Positions 39,721-49,641 of a stretch of DNA of 64,000 bases are shown in pieces (position 1 is the stretch's first letter; each line of letters begins with the position of its first letter). The stretch is from the NCBI GenBank assembly GCA_050010195.1, contig JBEKLM010000001.1:129045-193044 (forward strand), given 5' to 3'. The position numbers were made by a program, and so were the translations under genes. Source of the stretch: Verrucomicrobiia bacterium. Its GTDB lineage: Bacteria; Verrucomicrobiota; Verrucomicrobiia; Palsa-1439. The notes beneath the pieces are model-generated. The model searched no databases. It had not been told where the DNA came from and saw nothing but the letters and a program-made list of their open reading frames with translations.

Positions 39721-40072
39721 CTCTTATCCCTTTCTAAAAACGTCTGCATTGTTTATCCCGAGCACGGACTATGCCTATACATCATTGGCTATCGGAGGAT
39801 TGCTCACCCCATTCGCGGATGCGTCCCTGCCAGAAGCGCAAATACACCGACGCCTGTTTTTGTACCTCCGTCACAGCCAAAAGTCGATGTTGGAAGCATA
39901 GCAAGCCCGTTCATTGAATGACCGCGCTCTTGTGTAAAGGCTGGCTTCTGGCCAAGCAATGAGACACCGGATTCTGGTTGCCACGGGCCATCGTGCTCAC
40001 GCGCAGTCAAAAAAATAAGAGGGGAGCCCCGAAAACGAGGCGGCCCCGAGAGTCTTCAAAAAACACGCTCCC

Positions 40073-40966
40073 TCAGCGACAGCGGCGACGAACCAGTCCG
40101 ATCATCAGGGCGAGGCCCGTTGCGAGCAGCGCCAACGCCGACGGTTCGGGGATACTCGTGGTGATTGTGACGGAATCGACGTCCATGGCCGACGGAACGT
40201 CGGCCCCGTTCGAATACCAACCGAACGCCAGACCATCGAAGGTGCTGGTCAGATTAGTGGCACCCCCGGCGGTGCCGAACGTCTGCGAGAGAACACTCCC
40301 GCCGCTGGACAGGGTATTGGTGATGGAGAGCACACCGGCGGCACTGATCCATATTCTGAGGTCGTTCGTGTACGTGCTGCCCTTGGTCAACGCCGCTGAG
40401 GATGTTGCAGTGGCACCGTTTACTATTACTCCCTGGGGATTCTTGTATGCGAAACTGGAACTGTTCCCATTGCCGAGTAGATCCTGCTCATTTCCAGATG
40501 TCTGTGCCGGGCGGGTGAAGATCTGCGAAGCCCCGTTGTTCGTGGCCGTCATCCCTACGTACCCCAGCCAGTTCTGAACGCCGCCCGTATTGGTCACGGT
40601 GTCTGAATTGTCTGTGAGGGGCGCAACGCCACCGGAATTGTACAGTCCCATGTAGAGTTGCGCGCTTGTGCCGGCCAAAAGGTTCGAGGTGTCGTTGAAC
40701 ACCAATTGAAAATCAATAAAACCACCGACGTTCTGCAGCGCGACCGGCGAGGTGGTAAACAACGCCTGCGCTTCGACGCCGACGCCCGCCCTTTCTTCGC
40801 ACCGAGGGACCGCGCTACGGTCCGAGACGAATGCGGTAGTAGCGGGACGGGTTGTTGGTCGCGCCGCCCACATCACGATAACTGTTCGTCGCGTTTCCGC
40901 TTCCCGGAACGGCCAGCGGCCCACTGATGTCCAAGAAGTTGGTGGCGTAATTGCCACTGACATCAC
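40073..40966 (-). CDS. PEP-CTERM protein, paralog of 15712-16731. It appears N-terminally truncated (no signal peptide) and may be a pseudogene.
   Basis: C-terminus SIPEPSALALLATGLALMIGLVRRRCR. The body aligns with the 15712-16731 protein (FTSTPVVLQNTGDYIDF versus FTTSPVALQNVGGFIDF). Its 5' end is overlapped by 150 nt of the 3' end of the 40815-44483 gene. Confidence 0.45.
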   Translation of the reverse strand: MMSVAITPPTSWTSVGRWPFREAETRRTVIVMWAARPTTRPATTAFVSDRSAVPRCEERAGVGVEAQALFTTSPVALQNVGGFIDFQLVFNDTSNLLAGTSAQLYMGLYNSGGVAPLTDNSDTVTNTGGVQNWLGYVGMTATNNGASQIFTRPAQTSGNEQDLLGNGNSSSFAYKNPQGVIVNGATATSSAALTKGSTYTNDLRIWISAAGVLSITNTLSSGGSVLSQTFGTAGGATNLTSTFDGLAFGWYSNGADVPSAMDVDSVTITTSIPEPSALALLATGLALMIGLVRRRCR

Positions 40967-43900
40967 CGCTGGTCGCCTGGACCACGTTCGATGGCCCGGC
41001 GCCCGTTGCCCATGTGATCATCATTTCGCCATTGGTTTGTGGCACGACGCTGAGAATCCGGAACACCGAAGACGGATCGGTCGGGTTCAGGCCCAGCAGG
41101 AACTGGTTGGTGTTGCTGATGCCCTTGCCAAGCGGGTCCGCGTTTGGCGCTGCCTGTGGGCAACTGACGCACCCGAAGTAGTTTGACTGCCAAGAGGAGA
41201 ACGGATCTGCCACGGGGATCGTCAGCATCGCCGGGCTGCTGGTGGCGGCGCTCACGCTGTTGCTGACCACAACGGAATAGGCGCCCACATTGGTCGACTG
41301 GACACTCGTGACGGTCAGCGTCGAATTGGTCGCATTGGCGATGGGTGTATTCGTGTTGAAGTACCATTGGTAACTCAACGGCGCGCTGCCGCCGGCAACC
41401 ACGGTGAAGGTGGCGCTTTGGCCCGTCGAAACGGCCTGGCTTTGCGGACTGGCGACGATCATCGGCCCCGTCGGCGCATAGGACGTCACCAACCAGTTGG
41501 TCTTGTTCCACGTGAGCACGCCCGCGCCGGCGCCCGCCGTGGGGCTGGTGACGATGGCTTGCAGTTGGCCCGGATCATCCGGGTAATACGTGTAGGGCAA
41601 TTGGTTGCCCGTCAAATTCCACGAGAAGGGAATGATCGGCGCCTGGGCTGGACCGAAGTCGGCGAATCCGGTGGCATTCGTGCTGTCGCCCCGGTAATCC
41701 GTGGTCGAGCCATCGGTATTGTCAAAGTGATAGATCGAATCGAGCGCCATGATCTTGCCGGTGTATTCCGGATCCGACGGATCGGTCTGGTTGTTGCGAA
41801 GTGGGGTTATGCAATCGATATACACCGATTTCTCTACCAAAATGGCTCCGCTTTCCGTGGAGATCGTGCCGTTGACGGGTGGTTCAAAACTATAGGTGTT
41901 GTTGAGCGTATTTTGATCGGCGGTGCTCATGGTGGCCGCAATCGAATCGCGCAGGCGCCTAGCCGCCAGAACCAACGTGTCGTCCACATAGAGATTGTAA
42001 TCATGCACGTTGCCGGCCCGCAGGCGCGGCACGCAGCGATCCCAGACGCCCAAGTGCAGGTGGTGGAAGGTCATCGAGATGGTCGCGTTATTCGGGTCGA
42101 GATCATTTTGACCCGCCAGGTGCGTCTTGTCATGCGCTTGCATGATCGTGACGATGTTGGTGGTGCTGTAACCATGGGTGCGAAGGAAATTATACATCGG
42201 ATAGCTGGACGGACTCTGTTCCAAATAATTGATCTGCTGCCAGACCCAACTATTGGGATTGGTGGCGCCATCGTCGCCGACGTAATTGCACCAGGAAATG
42301 GTGATGCCCGAGCACCCGGCCTTGGTATCGAGATTGCCGTCGTAAGATTTCGTGAACGTGCAGTGATCCACCCAGATGTTGCTCACCGCACCGCCGTCGC
42401 CCAGCGTGATGAAATCCCAGTCATTTCGATCGTATTGTCCCTTGGTCGACTCATCCCATTCCCACAGTTGGTCGAACTTGAGATTGCGGACGATGATGTT
42501 GCTGCAGTTCTTGATGTTCAACTTGGCGTGATGGATGGCTGAACCGTTTGCGGAGAAAATCGTCAGGCCGTTTTTCTTTTGGACATCAACGTCGCTTTCG
42601 CCGGTCACCAGCAACACGGGATGAAGCAATGGTGTTTCACCGGAGCGGAAAGGTTCGCTGTTGGTTTTCGCAGACGCTTCGATTTCGTCATATCCAAGAT
42701 TGAGGTCGTTCATGATCTCAATGACCTTAACGGTCTTGCTGTTGAGCGCGTTCGCAAGGTCGGTCGCCGTATAAACCTTCGCGTAGTTGGGATCCGTGTC
42801 CACCAGCACGCCGCCGCCGGTCGTCCCCTGGGCAAAGCCGACCAGATTATACTCCGTGTTGACCACGGGCACGGTCGGTGTCACGGTCAGGAAGGCCGTG
42901 GTACTGGTCGCCATGCCTACGCTGTTGGAGGCCGTGACGTAGTAGCTGCCATCGGCGGTTGTCTGGACGTTGGGTAGGGTCAGAGTGGACGAAGTCGCAC
43001 CCGAAATCGGTACATTGTTGAGATACCATTGGTAGCTGATGGGCGCGGTACCGTCGGCGGACGAGGTGAGCGTGGCCGTGCTACCCGCCAAGACCACCTG
43101 CGAAGCCGGCTCCGAAGTAAACATCGGCGCCACGGGGTTTGTGTTCACATTGAGCATCGCGTTGGAACTGGTGGTACTGCCCGCGAGGTTGCTGACGACA
43201 ACGGAGTACAAGCCGGCAGCACCGGACTGAACATTGGTCAGAGTCAACGTGCTGTCGGTGCCGCCAGCCACCGGCGTGCTCGTGTTGAAGTACCACTGGT
43301 AGCTCAGGGGTTCGGAACCGCCAGCTTCGACGGTAAAGGTCGCCGTGTCTCCGGGCAAAACGGTCGTATCCTGCGGCTGCGTGATGATCGTCGGAGGATC
43401 GGGAGTGGTCACGGACAACTGGGCCACCGAACTGGTCACCACCCCGTATACGTTGGACACGATGACAGAATAGCCGCCGGCATCCGTCAACTGCGCGTTT
43501 GTGATTGTGATTGAGAAACTTGTGGCATTGGTCAGAAGCGAGTTGGTGTTGTAATACCATTGATAGAAAAGTGGCAACGTCCCACTGGCCAGAACGCTGA
43601 ACGAGGCCGTCTGGCTCACGAAGACTTGTTGGTCCTGCACATCTTCCGTGATCGAGGGAGCCGTAGCCCCGGGGATGTATTCCACTTTGACTTCCTGGAA
43701 TACGGTACTGGATGCTGCCTGGGTCGCCTCCGACGGACGGAAGCCAATCCCGTCAAAGTTGAAATTCGTGGCGTTGGTGTCGGTCACGGAAGTCAACAGA
43801 GTCGCGCCGTTGGTGGCATTCAACCAGGAGACGGTAACCGCCATCGCGTTGCTTGCGGTTCGTTGGAAGGCATACTGCAACGTGTAGGTCGTGCCATTGA

Positions 43901-44483
43901 CGAACCCGCTGAAGTTGTTCGTATTGCCGGGACCGGTCCCCAAAGACGTGTAGTCTCCCGACGTTCCCAATAGTGATGAGTCCGAGACATTCGTGCGTGC
44001 ACGAATGTCCATCGGTGTGGTGTTGTTGAATGCGGTCCCCATGTTCTGGAACAACGCGTATCCTTGGACTCCGGCACCCTGCGAGCTGTTGCTACTGAAG
44101 TCTGCGGCTACACGGTTGGAGCCGAACTCATAGACGCCCAACCGAAAGCCCTCTGAAGAATTCACGGCAGCCACACCATTGAAAGTAAACGTAATCGTCG
44201 TCAAAAGAGTGTCCCCGATTGTGAGTTGGACAGGGCTGGCGGCATTGGTCGTGAAATAGGAGACCGCCAGGACGGCGCTGCTGCCGATCGTAAGGGTCAT
44301 GGAATTCGTCGCGGTGGTTAGCGCGGAACCGTTGGAGGCATACCACGCGGCGTTCGTTGGCAAGCTGGTGTTATTGCGGTTTCCGTCAGCCCACGTATCG
44401 TCCAGAATGACGACGGCATGGCTGGGTGTCGCAAGGCCGACCATTGCGGCCATAACAAAAACACTGCGAAAAAGATGCTTCAT
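40815..44483 (-). CDS. Giant secreted PL1-family pectate lyase (about 1220 aa). It has an N-terminal lectin-like domain, Ig-like I-set repeats on both sides of the catalytic beta-helix, and the conserved C-terminal domain ...NNPSRYYRIRLGP.
   Basis: Signal peptide MKHLFRSVFVMAAMVGLATPSHA at the ATG at 44483. PL1 motifs: vWiDH (NIWVDHCTF), DGNLDTK, R.PR.R.G..H..NN (RCVPRLRAGNVHDYNLY). Ig-like units QWY[FY]NT...TLTNVQ. Confidence 0.8.
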   Translation of the reverse strand: MKHLFRSVFVMAAMVGLATPSHAVVILDDTWADGNRNNTSLPTNAAWYASNGSALTTATNSMTLTIGSSAVLAVSYFTTNAASPVQLTIGDTLLTTITFTFNGVAAVNSSEGFRLGVYEFGSNRVAADFSSNSSQGAGVQGYALFQNMGTAFNNTTPMDIRARTNVSDSSLLGTSGDYTSLGTGPGNTNNFSGFVNGTTYTLQYAFQRTASNAMAVTVSWLNATNGATLLTSVTDTNATNFNFDGIGFRPSEATQAASSTVFQEVKVEYIPGATAPSITEDVQDQQVFVSQTASFSVLASGTLPLFYQWYYNTNSLLTNATSFSITITNAQLTDAGGYSVIVSNVYGVVTSSVAQLSVTTPDPPTIITQPQDTTVLPGDTATFTVEAGGSEPLSYQWYFNTSTPVAGGTDSTLTLTNVQSGAAGLYSVVVSNLAGSTTSSNAMLNVNTNPVAPMFTSEPASQVVLAGSTATLTSSADGTAPISYQWYLNNVPISGATSSTLTLPNVQTTADGSYYVTASNSVGMATSTTAFLTVTPTVPVVNTEYNLVGFAQGTTGGGVLVDTDPNYAKVYTATDLANALNSKTVKVIEIMNDLNLGYDEIEASAKTNSEPFRSGETPLLHPVLLVTGESDVDVQKKNGLTIFSANGSAIHHAKLNIKNCSNIIVRNLKFDQLWEWDESTKGQYDRNDWDFITLGDGGAVSNIWVDHCTFTKSYDGNLDTKAGCSGITISWCNYVGDDGATNPNSWVWQQINYLEQSPSSYPMYNFLRTHGYSTTNIVTIMQAHDKTHLAGQNDLDPNNATISMTFHHLHLGVWDRCVPRLRAGNVHDYNLYVDDTLVLAARRLRDSIAATMSTADQNTLNNTYSFEPPVNGTISTESGAILVEKSVYIDCITPLRNNQTDPSDPEYTGKIMALDSIYHFDNTDGSTTDYRGDSTNATGFADFGPAQAPIIPFSWNLTGNQLPYTYYPDDPGQLQAIVTSPTAGAGAGVLTWNKTNWLVTSYAPTGPMIVASPQSQAVSTGQSATFTVVAGGSAPLSYQWYFNTNTPIANATNSTLTVTSVQSTNVGAYSVVVSNSVSAATSSPAMLTIPVADPFSSWQSNYFGCVSCPQAAPNADPLGKGISNTNQFLLGLNPTDPSSVFRILSVVPQTNGEMMITWATGAGPSNVVQATSGDVSGNYATNFLDISGPLAVPGSGNATNSYRDVGGATNNPSRYYRIRLGP

Positions 44484-44834
44484 AGAAAAACCCTTTACTG
44501 GATGCGTGCAAGGCATACGTTACGCATTCACTCTGTCTTCCGTCGTAAGTGACTATCCCACAGATGATTCCCCTCAAGACTGCTGCGGAGAACCTCGCAG
44601 CTCACCATAGCACTATTTATACCTTGAGTCCCGCCACAAGTCGATGCTGGAGGCGTAGCAAGTCCGTTCATTGAGTGAAAACGCTCGCATACGAAGAAAT
44701 CCGGCATGTTCTCACCAGCGAGAGACAGCGTTCTGATTGTGTCCGGAGGCTGTCCCCACGCCATCATGGGAAAGCAAAGAGGGCGTCCCAAACGTATTCG
44801 GGACGCCCTCCGGAGGTTTCTTTACAAGTCCGTG

Positions 44835-45650
44835 TTAGCGACGACGGCGAGCCAGGCCGATCATCAGCGCCAAGCCCGATCCAACCAACATCCATGTGGA
44901 CGGTTCAGGGACTGGAGTCACATCCGCCCATGTCGTGCCAATAAGAAGGTTGTCAACGAGATAACTGCCCGTGGTGGCGGCAGCCTGAGCTTTGAAACCC
45001 ACATTGTCGATCGCTGTCGCTGTGCTTCCTGCCAAACTCAACGTGGCCGCCGGCATGGCGCCGCCGGGGGTCGGATTCAAGTACAGGTAGGCGGTCGATG
45101 CCGAAAAATCAAATTCCTCAACCACGAAATACGTCGTATTTAGCGACAACGGGCCGCTTGTCACCGTACTTTTACCGGCCGTTCGCAATCCAATGTTACC
45201 GTTGGAATAGAGATAACAGTCAATGGCGTCGGCGCTGCCACTCGGAGCTGTCGTGCTCGGATTCATCGCGGTGAAGTACTGATTGCCACTGTCCGGGGTA
45301 ACCACATCAAGGAGAAAGGAATAGTAGATCTGTCCACTGGTCTGATTTGCGAATGTATTAATGGAACTTGTAGCGCTCCCGTTGGTGATGGAAAGTTCGT
45401 TGCCGCCCTGATCGGCCAAACCTGGATAAGTCAGGTCGCCGCTGGTAATGCTCAAAGTGGTGGCTGCAGTTGTCCATGCTGTGCTATTGCCAGGGTTTGT
45501 TTTGCCAGCAAGAGCCCCCGGCGAGTAGTTGAATGCCTCCGAAAAGAGAAGTGTGGCGCTGGCGCTCTGCAAGAGCAAACAACTCACACCTAGGACGGCA
45601 ACCCACAACTGAATTTTCGAAGGCTGTATCGGATGATTTAGCATTCCCAT
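44835..45650 (-). CDS. PEP-CTERM sorting-domain protein (271 aa).
   Basis: Signal LWVAVLGVSCLLLQSASA. C-terminus VPEPSTWMLVGSGLALMIGLARRRR. Confidence 0.7.
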   Translation of the reverse strand: MGMLNHPIQPSKIQLWVAVLGVSCLLLQSASATLLFSEAFNYSPGALAGKTNPGNSTAWTTAATTLSITSGDLTYPGLADQGGNELSITNGSATSSINTFANQTSGQIYYSFLLDVVTPDSGNQYFTAMNPSTTAPSGSADAIDCYLYSNGNIGLRTAGKSTVTSGPLSLNTTYFVVEEFDFSASTAYLYLNPTPGGAMPAATLSLAGSTATAIDNVGFKAQAAATTGSYLVDNLLIGTTWADVTPVPEPSTWMLVGSGLALMIGLARRRR

Positions 45651-46026
45651 ATGCTTCTCCCTAAGTTTTCCACAGCTTGTTTAGCAAACCCCTGTACCCC
45701 GACAGCAAATTTGCACGGCCCACTCGCATGGCTGGCTTCGTCGGAACCGCAGTAAATCACATTGCTACTGAATAATTTATAGCGCAAAGCCTCGCACAAA
45801 GTCGATGCCCGATGCGTAGCACATTCGCTCATATCGCGAACCCGCTCTTATCCAGGGGTCGCCACGGACCACCGTCAACCAAGTGCGACCAGACCTATCG
45901 ACTAGTGGGTGTAGGTGTAGTTCCAGAAACTTCAATTATAGTGGAGCGGAGCATGTTGTACACTTGGATCCCCGCAAGGATTAAAGCGCCGACACTTCGA
46001 GACACTTGCGCCGGCACCCCACATTG

Positions 46027-47394
46027 TCATTTCTGGACCGGATCTTTCCAACCGTCCACCTCGGCGTTCTCGGTCAGAAGCGGAGGGCCCTCCCTGTTGG
46101 TCAACTGGACGTTCTTGAATTGAATCCCCTTGGCGTTTTTGACTGACAGGCCGGTCGTGGCCGCGGCGATCTGGACGTTTTCCAGAAAGACATTCGAGAT
46201 CTCACTCTCTGGCAACCCGATGATGATGCCGGCTGACTTCTGGCAGGTGGCTTTCACGTTGTTGAAGTAGATGTTTCGAAAGATCGGTGTTCGTTCCGAC
46301 TTCGCTTGCGCGGGGTCAACTTTCGGAGGCGATTGCGGTACTCGATCACCCGATGAATTGTTCATATAATAGCACGTCAACGTGATCGCGGGATCCACGT
46401 TATTCATGGTGATATCAGTGTAGCGAATGTTCTCCACCACGCCACCTCGCCCTCGAGCCGATTTGATGCGAAGCCCGTTTTCGGTGTCTTGAAAGGTACA
46501 GTTTGTCACCAACACGTTGTGCACGCCGCCGGATGTTTGACTGCCAATGGACATGCCATGCCCGTGTAAAAACATGCAATCCGAGACCGTGATGTTTTCG
46601 GAGGCAAACTCGCGCCCCGCAACCTTGTGGGTGGCATTGATGGCGACGTTGTCATCCCCCACGTCGACATGGCACTTGGTGATCAGGACGTTCTTGCAGC
46701 AAATGGGATCGATGGCGTCGGTGTTGGCGGAATGCGCCGGCGCTTGAACCGTCACATTGGAAATGATCACGTTCTCGCAATCCGTTGGCACGAGGTGCAT
46801 GCACGGGGAATTCTGCAAGGTCACGTCGCTCACGAGGAGGTTCTTGCAGCCCGTGATAACGATCAGCCGTGGTCGGGGCAGCGTGTAGCCCGGCGTCTTG
46901 CGCCGGGCTTCTTCGGCCGGAATCCACCACTTCGCTCCCGCGCCGTCAATCGTGCCCGGGCCGACGATCGCGACATCGTGAATATCTCTCCCGTTCACGA
47001 ACGCGATGAACGAATTCGTCCGTTCGGGATTCACGAAATCCGCGGTTTCATCCGTCGTCTGGAGGACCGCACCCGCGTCCAGTTTCACCGTCGTGCTGCT
47101 GTGCAGGAAAATGGGCTTGCTCAAGTAGCTGCCCGGGGGAAACTGCACGGTGCCGCCACCGGCGTTCCCGCACTCGTCGAGGGCCTTCTGGATCGCCCCG
47201 GTATCCAGCGTCTTGCCATCCCCTTTCGCGCCAAATGCTCGGACATTAAACACTTTGCCGGACGCGCTGGCGGCCGGTGTGGCGGTATCCGCCGCCCAAC
47301 CGCTGAGGATGGGCAGACATACCCCTGACAGCAGTAAGCACAGCTTCGCGTGAAAAGCCCGCTTCCACTTCATCGAATCGTTCATAATTCTCAT
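46027..47394 (-). CDS. Glycoside hydrolase family 28 (polygalacturonase / exo-poly-alpha-galacturonosidase).
   Basis: Signal peptide. GH28 motifs SANTDAIDP, VGDDNVAI, HGHGMSIGS, GLRIKS. The protein is of canonical size (455 aa). Confidence 0.85.
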   Translation of the reverse strand: MRIMNDSMKWKRAFHAKLCLLLSGVCLPILSGWAADTATPAASASGKVFNVRAFGAKGDGKTLDTGAIQKALDECGNAGGGTVQFPPGSYLSKPIFLHSSTTVKLDAGAVLQTTDETADFVNPERTNSFIAFVNGRDIHDVAIVGPGTIDGAGAKWWIPAEEARRKTPGYTLPRPRLIVITGCKNLLVSDVTLQNSPCMHLVPTDCENVIISNVTVQAPAHSANTDAIDPICCKNVLITKCHVDVGDDNVAINATHKVAGREFASENITVSDCMFLHGHGMSIGSQTSGGVHNVLVTNCTFQDTENGLRIKSARGRGGVVENIRYTDITMNNVDPAITLTCYYMNNSSGDRVPQSPPKVDPAQAKSERTPIFRNIYFNNVKATCQKSAGIIIGLPESEISNVFLENVQIAAATTGLSVKNAKGIQFKNVQLTNREGPPLLTENAEVDGWKDPVQK

Positions 47395-47430
47395 TCTTGA
47401 TACTGACTCCTTTCACTCGAAAGCATTGAA

Positions 47431-48306
47431 TCATTTCTTTACGGCCAACTTCTGTTCCAGCCACGCGATCAGCTTTTCCTTGTAGCTCGGGTCGAACTTG
47501 TCCCACTCGGTGATCCGGTGTGGCGCGCCTTTGATTGTGACGATGTCGTTCATGACGCCGTTTCCCTTGAGCTTCGACATGAACTTGAGGGTTTGATCAT
47601 ACGGAACGGTCTTGTCAACATCGCCCTGGACGAAGAGAAATGGCGGCAGGCCCGGCTTGACATAGGTGATTGGCGACATTTCCTTCAGCAGCACTCTCGT
47701 CGGATCATCCGCCGTTTCGCGGCCAAACAAGGCTTGCAGCGATTGGCTAAGGCCGCCACGTCGTTCCGTGTCGGCAACCATGTCCGTCGGCGGCGAAAAA
47801 CCGACCACGGCTTGCACGCGGGTGTCTTCCTTGGCCAGCACGGCAGCCAGACAGGCCAATTGTCCACCGGCCGAGTATCCCATCAGGGCCACACGCTGTG
47901 GGTCGCCCTTGTACTCCGTGGCGTGAGCCTTGGCCCAGCGAATGGCCGTCTGCACGTCCTCGAAGCACGCGGGCCAGTGGTTCGTCGGTGCCATGCGGTA
48001 GTTGATTGAGAACCACGTGAACTTCCCGGATTTCGTCAGTGGCTCCAGGACCACGGTTACATCCTTGTGCTTGTCACCGCTGGTCCAGCCACCGCCGTGT
48101 ACCATGATGACCATGGGGAACGGCCCGCTGCCATCGGGGATGTGCGCGTCCAACCGCAGGCTCTCACCCGCTGCCCGGCCATATTCGATGTCCGGTTTGT
48201 CCTCGGCGAATACAATGCCCCCGAACAAGGCGGCCAGCGACAGCACTGCTCGAAACGTTCTGATGGAGGCTCCCGTCATGCGACGATTTCTCTTGCGCCA
48301 AATCAA
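47431..48306 (-). CDS. Secreted alpha/beta-hydrolase esterase (carbohydrate esterase-like; candidate pectin acetyl/methyl-esterase or carboxylesterase).
   Basis: Signal peptide. Oxyanion HGGGW, nucleophile elbow GYSAGG, acid/His region GDVDKTVP...HR. The start may be the internal Met at 48279. Confidence 0.7.
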   Translation of the reverse strand: MIWRKRNRRMTGASIRTFRAVLSLAALFGGIVFAEDKPDIEYGRAAGESLRLDAHIPDGSGPFPMVIMVHGGGWTSGDKHKDVTVVLEPLTKSGKFTWFSINYRMAPTNHWPACFEDVQTAIRWAKAHATEYKGDPQRVALMGYSAGGQLACLAAVLAKEDTRVQAVVGFSPPTDMVADTERRGGLSQSLQALFGRETADDPTRVLLKEMSPITYVKPGLPPFLFVQGDVDKTVPYDQTLKFMSKLKGNGVMNDIVTIKGAPHRITEWDKFDPSYKEKLIAWLEQKLAVKK

Positions 48307-48351
48307 AACCCTTCCCAGACTGTTTGGGAAGTTGAATCAAGGAGCATTTTC

Positions 48352-48984
48352 ATGCAGTCGATATTTCTGAGACGAATCGTCCCCGTGGTCGTCATCGACA
48401 AGGCGGAAGACGCCGTGCCGCTGGCCGAGGCCTTGCTCGCCAGTGGGCTCGACGTGATGGAGGTCGCGTTCCGGACACCCGCAGCCGCGGCAGCAATCCG
48501 CAACGTCCGCGAGACATTCCCGGCGATGTTCGTGGGGGCGGGCACGATCCTCGACGAGGATCAACTCCACCGCGCCGTGGATGCGGGCGCACAATTCGGC
48601 GTCGCTCCCGGACTCAACGAGACGATCGTTTTAAAGGCCCTCGCTTTGAAACTGCCGTTCGTCCCCGGCGTGATGACGCCCTCCGATGTCGAACGTGGCC
48701 TCACCCTGGGCTGCAAACTCCAGAAGTTCTTCCCCGCCGAAGCCGCCGGTGGCGTGAAGATGCTCCAAGCATTCGCGGGCCCGTTCGGGCCGACCGGTGT
48801 GAAGTTCGTCCCCTTGGGTGGCATCAACACAAGCAACGCCGGCCACTATCTGGCGATACCGATTGTCGCGGCCATCGGCGGGTCGTGGATGGTCGATCGC
48901 AAACTGATTGCGGAGAAACACTGGAAGACCATCCGCGATCTGACTGCCGAAGCGGTACGAATCGCGGCTCCATCTGCCGTTTAA
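48352..48984 (+). CDS. eda: 2-keto-3-deoxy-6-phosphogluconate (KDPG) aldolase.
   Basis: ATG at 48352 with AAGGAG upstream. VPVVVIDKAEDAVPLAEALLASGLDVMEVAFRT...FFPAEAAGGVKMLQAFAGPF...GGSWMV collinear with E. coli Eda. Confidence 0.88.
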   Translation: MQSIFLRRIVPVVVIDKAEDAVPLAEALLASGLDVMEVAFRTPAAAAAIRNVRETFPAMFVGAGTILDEDQLHRAVDAGAQFGVAPGLNETIVLKALALKLPFVPGVMTPSDVERGLTLGCKLQKFFPAEAAGGVKMLQAFAGPFGPTGVKFVPLGGINTSNAGHYLAIPIVAAIGGSWMVDRKLIAEKHWKTIRDLTAEAVRIAAPSAV

Positions 48985-49641
48985 GCGGTAGCGTTTTTCT
49001 ACATTCGCGCAGTGGGCCTAACCGACGATGCTGACTGCAAGAAACGAAGACGAATCTGTCGTAGATGAAGCGCAGTTGGCCCGGTCCGATACCCACGTAA
49101 TTCCCCAACAGGCTCCGCAACGAAGCCCGAGCAGCCATAAACCGCCTAGCATCCACACTGTTCAGGAATCGACTGGCGCGTTCTTGCTCGTCAGGCGACA
49201 GAATCGACCGAAAGCCTGGCAATCGCTCCGGCACGAGGTCGAGAGCAACGACCCACAGCTGCGCCTCGGCATCGCCCAGGTCGCCCGGTCGGTTGCGGAA
49301 CGGCCACGGACTCGTCATGGTTTGGATGCTTTCGATACCATTGACCTGGCCATGAGAGAAAGGTTAGAAGTCGTCCGGGTGTAACGGATGAAGGGGCAAA
49401 GGCCATCAGCGATACCAGACTCATGACGATGCGCGGCGTGGCATTGCCGACGCGCAGCGAGTTCCGCGGGTGGGCCAGATCCTCCATGCTGGTCTGGATC
49501 TACTCGCGGCGCCACTTTCGAAGTTTCATTATCTCCTTGTGTTACTGCTGCCAATGATGGCAAAGGTGTTCCGTACCCGGCTCCTGCCGAACAAATGGAA
49601 ATGGCTCGCGTTAATTGCCGGAGTTGTTAGTTTCGGCAACG

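Noticed and set aside
3574-44483. Giant proteins read as classical autotransporters (T5SS) or as a CRISPR-like repeat source.
   Set aside because: No C-terminal 12-strand translocator barrel is present; the beta-strand repeats are the Verrucomicrobia 'autotransporter-associated' type only. The nucleotide repeats are coding-domain duplications with no spacer/repeat periodicity. No cas genes are present.
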